NCBI GenBank assembly: GCA_958296135.2
Contig: CATQHZ020000001.1
Coordinates: 1,920,001-1,984,000 of the forward strand
Source: an uncultured Poribacteria bacterium
GTDB taxonomy: Bacteria > Poribacteria > WGA-4E > WGA-3G
Length of the DNA: 64,000 nucleotides
Direction: 5' to 3'
Of the stretch, positions 41,015 to 51,812 are shown piece after piece (the first letter of the stretch is position 1; every line of letters starts with the position of its first letter). The translations under genes and the position numbers were made by a program. A model generated the notes under the pieces. It did not search any database. It had not been told where the DNA came from and was given only the letters and a program-made list of their open reading frames with translations.

Positions 41015-42256
41015 TCAAGCAACAGAAGCCTCAATCAACTTCACCGCCGTTGACAACCCATCTTCTGCGTTGAGTTTTTCGCCGAGTGTGCGGGCGCGTT
41101 CCGCCGTCGCGGAGTCAGTGAGGGTAGATTCAATCCGTTTTGCCAAACGTGAGGGTGTCATCCTGCGGCGCGGGAGGCTCTTCGGTGCCACACCGAGTTC
41201 GGAGAGCCGCTTCGCCCAATAAAACTGGTCTGCGTGATGCGGCACGACTACCGATGGCACCTTGGCGCGACACGCTGATGCTGTCGTCCCCGCGCCGCCG
41301 TGATGGACGATGCAACTCGCGCGCGGAAACAGCCACCGATGCGGCACATAGTCCGCGAAAAAGATGTCCGGCACCTCAGCATTCAATCCCAGTTGTCCCC
41401 ATCCCGATTGGATGATGGCGCGCTGTCCGGTCTTTTTAATCGCCGCAATCAGCAATTCGGTTGTCTCTTTTGCGTTTGTTCCGCCCATTGAACCGAACGA
41501 GACGACGAGCGGCGGCGCGCCGTTCTCCAGAAAATCGTGCAGTGCCGTTGGCGGCGTGTATTCGGGTTCATCTAAAAACCAAACGCCCGTGAATTCATGT
41601 TTTTCAGGGAAATCGGTGGGCGGCGGACAGAGCGTCGGCGAGGCAGCGATGAGGTTCAGTTTTGGGGAGTATATCCCATCGAGCGCGATGTTCCGCCTCG
41701 GTTCTCCACCGACAGCGGTGATAAAACCGTTAAAATAAGGGTCTACGGCGCGAGTCAGCCGGAACTCCACTAACTTCCATAAACCTGCGTTGAGCAAGGT
41801 GCCGCAATTTGGGAAAATATAGGGCGCGCGCGACCGGGTTGGAACAAATCCGGGACAATAACTATGCGTAAACCACGGCAAACCGAGGCGGATGGCGGCT
41901 TCCTGCCCCGGAATATCCCCCGAATGGCAGAGTGCCAAATCGTAGCCTTTCATCGCCGAGAGGCAGTCGTGATACCACTTCTCACCGCCCCTCAAAATCC
42001 CCTCTTTCACGACGACGAGGAGTGGGCCGAGCGGGTCGCGCATGGGAATGATGTCGTCCATCGCTTTGTGAAACTGCGCCAATTCAAAAGCGATACCTAC
42101 TTCATGGAAGCCCGCGCCGATGCGCTGAATGCGTTCCCTATAAAGCGCAGGCGCACAGACGCGCACCTCATGTCCACAGCTGAGCAAGCGTTCTACCAAT
42201 GCCAAAAGTGGATGGACATCTCCGGTTGTGCCCCAAGCCGCTACGACGATTTTCAT
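41015..42256 (-). CDS. GT1/GT28-N glycosyltransferase (sterol/UDP-glycosyltransferase-like)
   Basis: GTTGDVHP, VSFGSM, VPH, HHGGAGTT, DQFYW. Confidence 0.9.
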   Translation of the reverse strand: MKIVVAAWGTTGDVHPLLALVERLLSCGHEVRVCAPALYRERIQRIGAGFHEVGIAFELAQFHKAMDDIIPMRDPLGPLLVVVKEGILRGGEKWYHDCLSAMKGYDLALCHSGDIPGQEAAIRLGLPWFTHSYCPGFVPTRSRAPYIFPNCGTLLNAGLWKLVEFRLTRAVDPYFNGFITAVGGEPRRNIALDGIYSPKLNLIAASPTLCPPPTDFPEKHEFTGVWFLDEPEYTPPTALHDFLENGAPPLVVSFGSMGGTNAKETTELLIAAIKKTGQRAIIQSGWGQLGLNAEVPDIFFADYVPHRWLFPRASCIVHHGGAGTTASACRAKVPSVVVPHHADQFYWAKRLSELGVAPKSLPRRRMTPSRLAKRIESTLTDSATAERARTLGEKLNAEDGLSTAVKLIEASVA

Positions 42257-42348
42257 AAACGTTCCTTTGCACCAGCACGGCGAGGGACAGGTTTTCCTCG
42301 CCCTACAGTTAAAGCACCTCTGTCGTAAGGCAGGCTTCCATATTCTCT

Positions 42349-43404
42349 TTATGACAGAGAGATGCCCTCAATTTTGCGCCATACCTTCTCAACGGGAAGT
42401 TTTTTGGTGCATTCCCAACCGATCTTGCACTTATGCGCGCTGCAGGGCCAACACGGCATATTCCGCCGTACAATAGACGCATTCTCACTCAACGGATGCC
42501 ATGCCACGTAATCCGTCGGCCCGAAGATAGCTACCGTCGGCACATCTAAAGCCGCTGCGAGGTGCATCGGGCCAGAATCGTTGCAAACGACGAGGTTGCA
42601 ACACCGCAGCAGTGCAGCCAATTCGCGAATCGAAGGCGGCGCGTAAACGGCAGCGCGCGTTTGCATCGTTTCCTGAATCTTGCGCGCTAACCTTGTCTCA
42701 TCGGGCCCGTGCAAGAGGAGAATCGTGGCGTTGTACTGGCGCGCGAGTCTATCGGCGAACTCGGCGTAGTGCTTCTCCGGCCACCGTTTATCAAACGAAC
42801 TACCGCCGGGGTGAATGCCGACGAGAAACCTATCCGTGCCGATGCTCCATGTTTTTAGAAGTGCTTCGGCGTTGGCTATTTCATCAGGATTGAGATGAAA
42901 AACGAGCCGCCGCACCCCCTCGCCGTGGCACATCAAACTCGCAAGTTCCAAATTCCTATCTACCTCGTGCGTTTCGCCTTTTCGGTATGTGCCATGCCAC
43001 GCGTGCGTCAGCGTGGATTTAAACCGCTTCTGATAACGTCCCAATCGGTAGGGCGCGCCAGAAAGAAAGGCGACAAAGTGCGGCCACGTCGCCGTTTGCA
43101 TCGCAACGACAAGTTGAAACCGTTCTCGGCGAAGATTCTGATAAAACTGCAGTCTCTCGCGCAAACGCCGATGCGCGCCCCCCCGGTCGAAGACGAGAAT
43201 TCTGTCAACATCCGGGTTGCCTTGTAGCACCAACGCATTGAGCGGCCGCGCCAACACCGTAAGTTCCGCATCCGGGTAGTTTTGATGGAGCAGTGCAATT
43301 GCAGGCGTTGAATTCAGCAAATCGCCAATGCCATCGGTGCGGATAATGAGCATCTTCTTGATGCCCGGCAGCACCTCTCCACTTTTTCGCGCGCGGTGTA
43401 GCAT
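42349..43404 (-). CDS. Glycosyltransferase family 9
   Basis: DGIGDL, IHPGG..KRW, NDSGPMHLAAA. Confidence 0.9.
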   Translation of the reverse strand: MLHRARKSGEVLPGIKKMLIIRTDGIGDLLNSTPAIALLHQNYPDAELTVLARPLNALVLQGNPDVDRILVFDRGGAHRRLRERLQFYQNLRRERFQLVVAMQTATWPHFVAFLSGAPYRLGRYQKRFKSTLTHAWHGTYRKGETHEVDRNLELASLMCHGEGVRRLVFHLNPDEIANAEALLKTWSIGTDRFLVGIHPGGSSFDKRWPEKHYAEFADRLARQYNATILLLHGPDETRLARKIQETMQTRAAVYAPPSIRELAALLRCCNLVVCNDSGPMHLAAALDVPTVAIFGPTDYVAWHPLSENASIVRRNMPCWPCSAHKCKIGWECTKKLPVEKVWRKIEGISLS

Positions 43405-43509
43405 AACGTCTCTCCTTCAACCACTATAGCATAGAGTCAGTTAAAATGCAAAATCATTTCGTCATATTTTCCCTTGCATCGGTGAATGCGGCTATGGTAT
43501 CATAAACGT

Positions 43510-45390
43510 ATGCACCAAAAAGAACACCACGCGCCTGAGACTTCAGCACGCCGCTTTATCCTCGGAACCCTCGTTTTCGGCTCCATTCTCATCATCCTCA
43601 CCTGTTATTGGATCATCTCTGCAGAAAACCGTGTGGTGTGGGAATTGACAGATTTCTCCATTTTCCCCACCGTGTTGTTCACGTTTTTTCTCCTAGCCGC
43701 GCTGTCGCCGCTGCTCACCCGACTCTTTAAAAACTTCGCGCCAACGTCCCGTGAACTCGCGATGACGTATGTGATGGTATCCGTAGCAACCGCGCTCGCC
43801 GGGCACGACATCGTGCGGCAGCTCGTGCCGATGGTTGCGAACGCAGGCTGGTTCGCGACACCCGAAAATGAGTGGGCAGACCTGTTCTTCCGATTCATGC
43901 CGACGTGGCTGACAATTACCGACAGACGCATCCTGCAAGGCTATTTTGAAGGCGACGATACCTTTTGGCAGTCGCGTTATATGGAAGCGTGGATGTGGCC
44001 CATCATCGCGTGGAGCGTTCTGGTAATCGTGCTCTTGTTTATGATGCTGTGCGTCAACATCATCATCCGGAAACAGTGGATGGACCACGAGAAGTTGAGT
44101 TATCCTCTGACAACCCTTCCTGTGGAACTCCTGGGCAATACCGCCGCTCTCTTTCGGAACAAACTGATCTGGCTCGGTTTCGGGGTAGCGTTCGGATTGG
44201 AAATCATCGCCGGGCTGAATTACTTGTTTCCGGTGCTGCCATCGCTCAAAATCAAGTATCAGCTCTTCTTTTCGGAGCGGCCGTGGAACGCGATGGGCCG
44301 GCTGCCAGTCTACGTCTACCCGTTTGCGATAGGGCTCGGCTATTTGATGCCGCTAGAGTTGTCGCTGTCCTTCTGGTTTTTCTATCTCTTCTGGAGCATG
44401 CAGCGTATCTTCTTCAGCGCGACAGGATGGACAACCGCTATCGGTTTCCAAACGGAGCAGCGTGGCGGCGCGTGGCTCGGCATCGGGTTCCTCGCGCTCG
44501 TAACGAGTCGGCGGCAGATTCTAGAAGTGCTCGGCGGCGTGTTCTCCTTCAAATCCAAAGACAAGTTGTCCCACCTCGCCGTTTTCGGGCTCATTATCGG
44601 GCTTGCGTTCGTGCTGACATTTTGGTATTTCGCCGGGCTGTCACCGTGGGTAGCACTCGGCTATTTTACCATCTATTTGGTGCTGTGCATCGGGATGACG
44701 CGCATGCGCGCCGAACTCGGCCCGCCAACGCATGAGTTGCACGGGATGCATCCCGATAGAATCATGCTGCTGTTCGCCGGCAGCCGCCCGTTAGGCGCGC
44801 AAAACCTGACAAATACGACACTGCTGTCTTGGCTCGCGTATGGCTATCGGTGTCACCCGATGCCGCACCAATTGGAAGCGTTCAAAATCGGCAGGCACTT
44901 CAACTTGCGCGAGAACCGCCTGGTCATCGCCTTGATTGTCGCCTCCATTGTCGGCGCGGTTATCTCCGTTGTCGGCCACATCGCGCTCTATTACGAGTAC
45001 CGATTTGCGCAATGGGGAGTCGGCGAGTTTAACCGCTTGCAAAGCTGGATTACCGCGCCGCGCGCGCCCAACCTCCCAGCCATCCAACACATCGCATTCG
45101 GATTCGCCTTCACCGGCATCCTGACGTTTCTCAAACGGCAGTTTCTGTGGTGGCCGTTCTATCCGGTAGGTTATGCTGTCGGCAACGGGTGGGCAATCGG
45201 ATGGATGTGGTTCTCCATCTTTCTAGGCTGGCTTTTCAAGCAGCTGCTCTTCACCGGGGGCGGCGTGCGCGCGTATCGCAAAGCGTTGCCGCTGTTCCTG
45301 GGATTCATCTTCGGCCAGTTCCTCGCGGGAAGCCTGTGGAGTTTACTAGGCATAGTGCTGAACAGGAATATGTATACGCTCTTCCCTTAG
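43510..45390 (+). CDS. Polytopic membrane protein, DUF6785/DUF6784-like (putative transporter)
   Basis: Many TM segments; RKQW..EKLSYPL, RMRAELG, WWPFYPVGY. Confidence 0.72.
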   Translation: MHQKEHHAPETSARRFILGTLVFGSILIILTCYWIISAENRVVWELTDFSIFPTVLFTFFLLAALSPLLTRLFKNFAPTSRELAMTYVMVSVATALAGHDIVRQLVPMVANAGWFATPENEWADLFFRFMPTWLTITDRRILQGYFEGDDTFWQSRYMEAWMWPIIAWSVLVIVLLFMMLCVNIIIRKQWMDHEKLSYPLTTLPVELLGNTAALFRNKLIWLGFGVAFGLEIIAGLNYLFPVLPSLKIKYQLFFSERPWNAMGRLPVYVYPFAIGLGYLMPLELSLSFWFFYLFWSMQRIFFSATGWTTAIGFQTEQRGGAWLGIGFLALVTSRRQILEVLGGVFSFKSKDKLSHLAVFGLIIGLAFVLTFWYFAGLSPWVALGYFTIYLVLCIGMTRMRAELGPPTHELHGMHPDRIMLLFAGSRPLGAQNLTNTTLLSWLAYGYRCHPMPHQLEAFKIGRHFNLRENRLVIALIVASIVGAVISVVGHIALYYEYRFAQWGVGEFNRLQSWITAPRAPNLPAIQHIAFGFAFTGILTFLKRQFLWWPFYPVGYAVGNGWAIGWMWFSIFLGWLFKQLLFTGGGVRAYRKALPLFLGFIFGQFLAGSLWSLLGIVLNRNMYTLFP

Positions 45391-45499
45391 CAACCTCTCC
45401 GGACGTAGGTAGAGCTCGCCCGAGCCCTACCGGGCAGCCCTGGTTGAGCTCAGGCGAGCTCAAACGACAGGCAGGGAGAACGAAATGCCTCTTGAGAAC

Positions 45500-45877
45500 T
45501 CAAAAGCCTTCAAGTGCGTCTGCTTCGGAAGCAAAAACGCCGATGCTTTTCGACAACCCAATGGTATTGAAAATATTCCGCACCTGATTCGATGGATGCG
45601 CAACGCGCAGCACTTGTCCCCTATCACGTATCCTCCAGAGCAATTTGATTATCTCACCGAACCCACTGCTCGTGATGAAACTGCGCCGTTCAAAGTTGAG
45701 CAGCAGCTTGTCAGCACCCTGAACCGCCTCCTCAGCATACGCCTCTATCAGCGTAGATTCAGACGCGTCTGTCAGGTAACCCGTGATGTCAAATATCGCG
45801 ATGTCGCCTTCGTGCCGGATAGAGATTTGCGAATTGGCTCTCACTTTTCCCTCCTCTATAGGTATGTCCCTCATCAA
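45500..45877 (-). CDS. STAS-domain anti-sigma factor antagonist
   Basis: ITGYL, FITSSG, IFNTIGL. Confidence 0.82.
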   Translation of the reverse strand: MMRDIPIEEGKVRANSQISIRHEGDIAIFDITGYLTDASESTLIEAYAEEAVQGADKLLLNFERRSFITSSGFGEIIKLLWRIRDRGQVLRVAHPSNQVRNIFNTIGLSKSIGVFASEADALEGF

Positions 45878-45883
45878 TTCATG

Positions 45884-45987
45884 TAGGACTTACGCAGATG
45901 GGCCCCGTAGGCGCGCTTTGGAAGCGTGCCAGCGTGAGGACACGGTTACAAACCACGCCTACGGAATACCCTCGCGCGTAAATTCTA
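45884..45987. mobile_element. MITE-like unit enclosing two family-A REPs
   Basis: Terminal inverted repeat TAGGACTTACGC / GCGTAAATTCTA; half copy at about 21489-21533. Confidence 0.55.
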
Positions 45988-46037
45988 AACGTCTAATTAG
46001 TTAGTTGCAATCACAGTTGGCGTTCTTCAATCAAAAT

Positions 46038-46964
46038 TCACTCGGACGGATGATGTTCCGGCTGTTCACGGACGACGCTGCCATCTTCAAGATGGAGCCA
46101 TGTCTCAAATCGCCGCTGCCCTTCCCGCAGCCGAATCACCCGTGCGCCGCGTGGAAACCCGTCTCTGCCGTAGGTGTTATAGCCGGTGGCCCGGCCATAG
46201 CAGAGGCGAATCCCATGTAAATCGCCCCAAAAGTCATTCACGTGGTCATGCCCAACAAAGGTGCCCATGACATCGCCAGCCTCGTGCATTGCGGCGAAAA
46301 GGCCGCTATTCAGTTTCGGGGCGCAAACATCCTCGTGCTTTTCACCGTAGCAGATGTGGCAATCCCAAACCTCATCGTATTCGGGGAGTGGGATGTGAAA
46401 AAATGCGAGTGCAGGCAACGGGTGGCAGGCGGCAGCGGTGAACCGTGCTGCTTCGCGCGAATACCATGCAATCTGCGCCGGTTCGAGCCACGCGTAGCCG
46501 CCGATATCCGCTGATGCATAACTGCCCGAATCGATGAAATAGAGCAGTGCCGCCAGGGAACTCTCCCCCGACGCGTCAATAGTTAAAACGTAGTTGCCGA
46601 CACCGGGAACCTCTTCTGGGCCCGGTTGTACCAACGAGTGCGCGCCTTCTCCCATCACTGCCATCAACTCGTGCCGAGTTGCAGTGCCTTCGTCATCGTG
46701 GTTACCAAAGACAGCGGTCCACGGGATGCCCCACTGCTCCACAATTCGGACAACCTCCCGCATCGATGCATGCGCATCCCGACATCCACCGCCTGACAAA
46801 ATGTCGCCTGTCAATACAACCAGGTCTGGTTGGACAGCGGCTGTAATCTGCGCCATCAACGCCTCGGACTCCCGGTCTGCCGGTTCACCGTTGTGCCAAT
46901 GAACGTCGGTGAACTGCACGATTTTGAAGGTTCCATCTTCTCGAAATCGCAATCTGTTTTCCAT
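46038..46964 (-). CDS. Calcineurin-like metallophosphoesterase (Dcr2-like)
   Basis: FTDVH, TGD, GNHD, FHIP, GHDH. Confidence 0.9.
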   Translation of the reverse strand: MENRLRFREDGTFKIVQFTDVHWHNGEPADRESEALMAQITAAVQPDLVVLTGDILSGGGCRDAHASMREVVRIVEQWGIPWTAVFGNHDDEGTATRHELMAVMGEGAHSLVQPGPEEVPGVGNYVLTIDASGESSLAALLYFIDSGSYASADIGGYAWLEPAQIAWYSREAARFTAAACHPLPALAFFHIPLPEYDEVWDCHICYGEKHEDVCAPKLNSGLFAAMHEAGDVMGTFVGHDHVNDFWGDLHGIRLCYGRATGYNTYGRDGFPRGARVIRLREGQRRFETWLHLEDGSVVREQPEHHPSE

Positions 46965-47088
46965 GCTTCATCTCCTTGCTATGTCACTATACCATAATTC
47001 CAAAAAAATGCAAGAAAAAATGGCCTTGCATGCCGCAAATTTTTATGGTAATATATCTCCAGAATTACAAATGGAAGACGTTGACACG

Positions 47089-47904
47089 ATGCAAAAAACC
47101 CGTTCCCCGAACACTTACGATATCCAAACCGCGGTGCTCTCAAACGAGGAGGTTGCGGAGGCACATTATTTACTACGGTGCGAGTGCCCTCAAATCGCGC
47201 AACACGCGCGGCCAGGGCAGTTTGTCCACGTGATGAGCTCAACAGGCACCGGACTGCTGCTCCGCCGGCCGTTTACTATCTACACGGTGGAAGGGACTCA
47301 GATAACGATGCTCTATCAGATTATCGGGGAGGGGACAAAGCGATTGTCGGAGATGCCGATAGGAGCGTCGCTACAAGTCCTCGGACCGCTCGGCAATCCG
47401 TTTGACATCGCGTCAACATCCGAACCTGCAATCCTTATTGGCGGGGGTGCCGGCATTGCTTCATTGATGTTGTTGGCTGTCGCATTATGCGAACGCGGGA
47501 TACCGACCCTCGGCTTAGTCGGCGCGCAGCATCGCGCGCGGCTGCTAAGCGTGACAGATTTGGAAGCCCTCGGCATTGCAGTGCATATCGCCACAGACGA
47601 CGGAAGCATCGGGCATCACGGGTTTGTCACCGATATCCTCCGAGACATCTTAGGCAAAACCGATTGGAAACTTCCGAGGATTTATGCCTGCGGACCGCAC
47701 GGGATGCTCGCCGCTGTCGCACAGATTGCCGCCGATTTTGAGGTACCGACTCAAGTCGCTATGGAAAATCGGATGGGCTGCGCAATGGGCGTGTGCCTCG
47801 GCTGCGTCTGTCCGGTCCGGATTGATGCAAATCAGATTGAATACCAGCGCGTTTGCACCGAAGGACCTGTTTTCAATGCAAACGATATTGTGTGGGAATT
47901 TTGA
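47089..47904 (+). CDS. pyrK: Dihydroorotate dehydrogenase electron transfer subunit
   Basis: PGQF, RRPF, GPLG, ACGP, MGCAMGVCLGC...VCTEGP. Confidence 0.9.
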   Translation: MQKTRSPNTYDIQTAVLSNEEVAEAHYLLRCECPQIAQHARPGQFVHVMSSTGTGLLLRRPFTIYTVEGTQITMLYQIIGEGTKRLSEMPIGASLQVLGPLGNPFDIASTSEPAILIGGGAGIASLMLLAVALCERGIPTLGLVGAQHRARLLSVTDLEALGIAVHIATDDGSIGHHGFVTDILRDILGKTDWKLPRIYACGPHGMLAAVAQIAADFEVPTQVAMENRMGCAMGVCLGCVCPVRIDANQIEYQRVCTEGPVFNANDIVWEF

Positions 47905-47917
47905 GAAAGCGACTACG

Positions 47918-49000
47918 ATGAAACAAAACCTTTATCAGGAATTAATACAGACGAGCCTACAAGACGAACTGCTCTCGGATGCCGTGTGCCAGCAAATCTT
48001 AACCTCGGCAGACGTAGAATTGTTGCCGCTGTTAGACGCGGCATATCAGGTGCGCAAAACCTATTTCCGGAACGAGGTGCAGCTGCACATCCTCAATAAC
48101 GCGCAGAACGGCCATTGTCCTGAGGATTGCCACTATTGCGCGCAGGCGCGTTCCGCGACCGCGGAGATTGAAACCTATTCCTTAAAACCGGACGCGGAAA
48201 TTCTGGCGGAAGCGCGCGCCGCGTATGAATCGGGCGCATATCGCTACTGTATCGTGATGAGCGGCCGCGGGCCTACCCCAAAACGGGTGCAGCACCTGGC
48301 GCAACTCATCCACGCCGTGAAAACCGAATATCCGATTGAAGTGTGCCTCTCTGTCGGGTTGCTCAATGCTGAGGCCGCGCGCACCTTGAAAGCCGCGGGC
48401 TTGGACAGACTCAACCACAATCTGAACACGTCCGAAGCGCACTATCCGAAAATCTGTAGCACGCATACCTATCAGGACAGAATGGAGACGCTGCGAGCCG
48501 CACAGACGGCAGGGCTCGCCTGTTGTTCGGGAGTCATCGTCGGGATGGGAGAGGAAAACGCCGATTTAATTCAGGCGGCGAAAACCTTGCGTCGGTTGCA
48601 AGTAGAATCGATTCCCGTCAATTTTTTCTTGCCGATTTCCGGCACCCAGATTGCGGCACCTTCCGCGCTGACCCCGGACTACTGTCTGCGCGTGTTGTGT
48701 CTGTATCGGTTCCTGAATCCGCGCGCCGAGATTCGCATTGCGGCTGGCAGAGAGCATCACCTTCGTAGCCTGGAGGCGATGGCACTCTATCCGGCGAATT
48801 CGCTATTTTTGGAGGGCTATCTGAATGCGACAGGCACCGCGGCATCGCGCACGCTGCAGATGATTCGGGATGCAGGGTTTACCGTGAAAATGAACGGGGA
48901 GGTTGCGGAAAGAATCACATCTCCGCGCACACCTGCGCCGAGTGATGTGGTAATTAAGGAGTTGGAGGTGCTTCGACCGCGGATGGCATCGGCGGACTAA
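47918..49000 (+). CDS. bioB: Biotin synthase
   Basis: CPEDCHYCAQ radical-SAM motif, NHNLNTS, SIPVN. Confidence 0.95.
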   Translation: MKQNLYQELIQTSLQDELLSDAVCQQILTSADVELLPLLDAAYQVRKTYFRNEVQLHILNNAQNGHCPEDCHYCAQARSATAEIETYSLKPDAEILAEARAAYESGAYRYCIVMSGRGPTPKRVQHLAQLIHAVKTEYPIEVCLSVGLLNAEAARTLKAAGLDRLNHNLNTSEAHYPKICSTHTYQDRMETLRAAQTAGLACCSGVIVGMGEENADLIQAAKTLRRLQVESIPVNFFLPISGTQIAAPSALTPDYCLRVLCLYRFLNPRAEIRIAAGREHHLRSLEAMALYPANSLFLEGYLNATGTAASRTLQMIRDAGFTVKMNGEVAERITSPRTPAPSDVVIKELEVLRPRMASAD

Positions 49001-49166
49001 TATGGCATCGGGGAACTAATAACGAGACTAATGAAACCACGTTTGTAAGGATGAGGATTTGAAAACGAAGATTTGGTTAAAAGCAGGTAGCAAAGGAACT
49101 CAGGAGGAGTCCCCCCCCGATGTAAAGACGGATGGAGGATTCCGCCTTTACATGGAGACACTAAGA

Positions 49167-49240
<74 letters not shown>

Positions 49241-49252
49241 GCAAGATCAGAG

Positions 49253-49338
49253 TGGTCGAGGAGGGACTTGAACCCTCACGCCTTTTTATGGGCGATGGAT
49301 TTTAAGTCCATTGTGTCTACCGATTCCACCACTCGACC
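49253..49338 (-). tRNA. tRNA-Leu(TAA)
   Basis: GGTCGAGTGGTGGAATCGGTAGACAC-ATGGA-CTTAAAA-TCCAT, long variable arm, TTCAAG. Confidence 0.95.
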
Positions 49339-49350
49339 TGATTGTTATAT

Positions 49351-49379
49351 ATTATACCCTATTTTATAGCGTTTGTCAA
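49351..49379 (-). promoter_or_regulatory. tRNA operon promoter
   Basis: TTGACA-N17-TATAAT on the minus strand. Confidence 0.8.
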
Positions 49380-49542
49380 ATTTTTATTGCAAAAAAAACG
49401 TCTTTATTGCGAAAAACGCGGAATTTCGCACAATTTTAATGCAGGATACCCTAAATTTATCAAAACTGCAAGCGAAAAAACGCTTTTTTCTTGATTTTTT
49501 CCGCGAGAACCTCTATCATAGTGCAAAAAAGGAGCACAACTT

Positions 49543-50310
49543 ATGCAAAACGTCACACTTGCATCCGGGCACGAAATGCCGATACTCGGTCTGGGCACTT
49601 GGCAACTGAAAGGCGGACAGTGCGAGCGGATTGTCAAAGAGGCACTCGCGCTCGGCTATACACATATTGATACGGCATGGATGTATCAAAACCAGCGCGC
49701 CATCGGAAACGCGCTCCGCGATAGCCGCATCCAACGCGAACAACTTTTTATCACCACCAAAATTTGGAACACCCATCTGCAGCACGACGATGTCCTCTCG
49801 CAATGTGAGGAATGTTTAGGCGACTTGCAGCTGGACTACGCCGATCTACTGCTCATTCACTGGCCCAACGAAGACGTGCCGTTTTCGGAGACGTTTGCGG
49901 CATTCCAAGAACTTCATGCCGCGGGCAAGGTGAAGAGCATCGGCATCAGCAATTTTAGTATCGCGCAGGTGAAAGAGGCGTGCGATGTCTCCGCGCTGCC
50001 GATTTGCACGAATCAGGTGGAATACCACGTCCGCCGCAACAGGAGCGAATTGCGCGACTATTGCAAGGCCCGTGACATTGGCATCACGGCGCACAGGCCG
50101 TTAGGACGAGGAGAGCTCGTCAACGATGCAGTGTTAAAGAGCATTGGCGATAGGCACGCGAAGACAGCGGCGCAGGTTGCACTCCGATGGCTCATCCAGC
50201 AGGGAATTATTGCCATTCCAAAATCCGGTTCGGTGCCCCATCTCCGCGAAAATTTAGACGTGTTCGCATGGGAATTAACCGACGCGGAAATGCAAACGCT
50301 AGCATCGTAA
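49543..50310 (+). CDS. Aldo/keto reductase
   Basis: GLGTW, IDTAWMY, TTK, LIHWP, IGISNF, IPKS. Confidence 0.93.
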   Translation: MQNVTLASGHEMPILGLGTWQLKGGQCERIVKEALALGYTHIDTAWMYQNQRAIGNALRDSRIQREQLFITTKIWNTHLQHDDVLSQCEECLGDLQLDYADLLLIHWPNEDVPFSETFAAFQELHAAGKVKSIGISNFSIAQVKEACDVSALPICTNQVEYHVRRNRSELRDYCKARDIGITAHRPLGRGELVNDAVLKSIGDRHAKTAAQVALRWLIQQGIIAIPKSGSVPHLRENLDVFAWELTDAEMQTLAS

Positions 50311-50329
50311 AGGATACAATATCAAACGC

Positions 50330-51616
50330 ATGAAATTCGGGCTATTTTACGAACATCAGATGCCACGTCCGTGGCACGAAGGCGCGGAGCATCAACTCTT
50401 CCAAGACGCGCTCGTTCAGGTAGAATTGGCGGACACCCTGGGGTTTGACTACATTTGGGAGGTAGAGCACCACTTCCTTGAGGAGTATTCGCACTCTTCT
50501 GCGCCGGAGGTATTCCTCGCTGCCTGTAGTCAACGCACGAAACAGATTCGGCTGGGGCATGGGATTGTGCTAATGCCGCCCGCATATAACCACCCCGCGC
50601 GCGTCGCCGAACGAATCGCCACCCTAGATTTGGTATCAAACGGGCGCGTGGAATGGGGCACGGGCGAATCTGCCTCGCATATTGAACTCGGCGGGTTTAA
50701 CGTCGATCCGAAACTGAAACGCGAGATGTGGGCGGAATGCACGCGCGAGACAGCGAAGATGATGGTGCAGTCGCCTTATGCCGGGTATGAAGGGAAGTCT
50801 TTCTCCATGCCAGCGCGCAACGTTGTCCCGAAACCGTTGCAAACCCCGCACCCGCCGCCGTGGGTGGCCTGCTCCAGCCGCGATAGTCTCCGATACGCCG
50901 CCCGAGCCGGGCTCGGCGCGCTCACTTTTGCCTTCATCAATGCCGAAGAAGCGAAATTCTGGGTGGAAGAATATTATGAAATCTTCGAGAAGGAGTGCGA
51001 ACCCCTCACGCAAAGGGTGAACCCAAACATCGCCATGGTGTCGGGATTCTCGTGCCACGACGATGAAGCGACTGCCATCGCCCGCGGCTTAGACGGCTTA
51101 CGCTTCTTCCGATTTGCCCTCGCGCACTACTATCACAACGGCTCGCAGGTGCCCGGCGAAACGGATATCTGGCGGCTGTACCGTGCAACACCTCAAGACC
51201 CGGGCGAAGGACGCGCCGGCATCGGCACGCCAGACCAGGTGCAAGAACATTTAGAGATAATGGAAAACGCTGGCGTAGATCAGGTAGTTTTCATTCAGCA
51301 GGCAGGCGCGAATCGGCACGAAGATATCTGTGAATCTTTAGAGGTGTTCGCGGAACGCGTCTTACCTAATTTCAAGGCGAGAGATGCATCGCAAGTAGCG
51401 CAGAAAAATGAGCGGCTGGCGGCGGCAATTGCGCGGGCGGAAGCGCGTAAACCGGCCTTGGCACCTCTCAGCGATGTGCCGGCTGTCGATGCATACCCGG
51501 TCCTCCGTAAAAAACAGGAGGCGAAAACAGCGGAAGCCAACGAACCCAATGAAATGAGTGAAGATGGGAAAAAGTTTCTCCTTTCAATAGAGGGCGGCAA
51601 ACCTAGAATCCCTTAG
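50330..51616 (+). CDS. LLM-class flavin-dependent oxidoreductase
   Basis: VEHHF, AERIATLDLVSNGRV, IGTPD. Confidence 0.9.
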   Translation: MKFGLFYEHQMPRPWHEGAEHQLFQDALVQVELADTLGFDYIWEVEHHFLEEYSHSSAPEVFLAACSQRTKQIRLGHGIVLMPPAYNHPARVAERIATLDLVSNGRVEWGTGESASHIELGGFNVDPKLKREMWAECTRETAKMMVQSPYAGYEGKSFSMPARNVVPKPLQTPHPPPWVACSSRDSLRYAARAGLGALTFAFINAEEAKFWVEEYYEIFEKECEPLTQRVNPNIAMVSGFSCHDDEATAIARGLDGLRFFRFALAHYYHNGSQVPGETDIWRLYRATPQDPGEGRAGIGTPDQVQEHLEIMENAGVDQVVFIQQAGANRHEDICESLEVFAERVLPNFKARDASQVAQKNERLAAAIARAEARKPALAPLSDVPAVDAYPVLRKKQEAKTAEANEPNEMSEDGKKFLLSIEGGKPRIP

Positions 51617-51812
51617 GTCCAGATTGGGCGAGCTGATTTCCCTACGCGGGCGGGGAAAACCCAAACGGAGAACGAAATGGCTCTGGCGACACAATAAAAA
51701 ACTTGATTTTAATTGTGAAATTTGTTATTATTTCATCAGAAACTTTATCCGAAACCCCCACGGCGCGCCTTCCAAAACGCTGCCGCGAAACATGACGAGG
51801 AGATTCACACAA

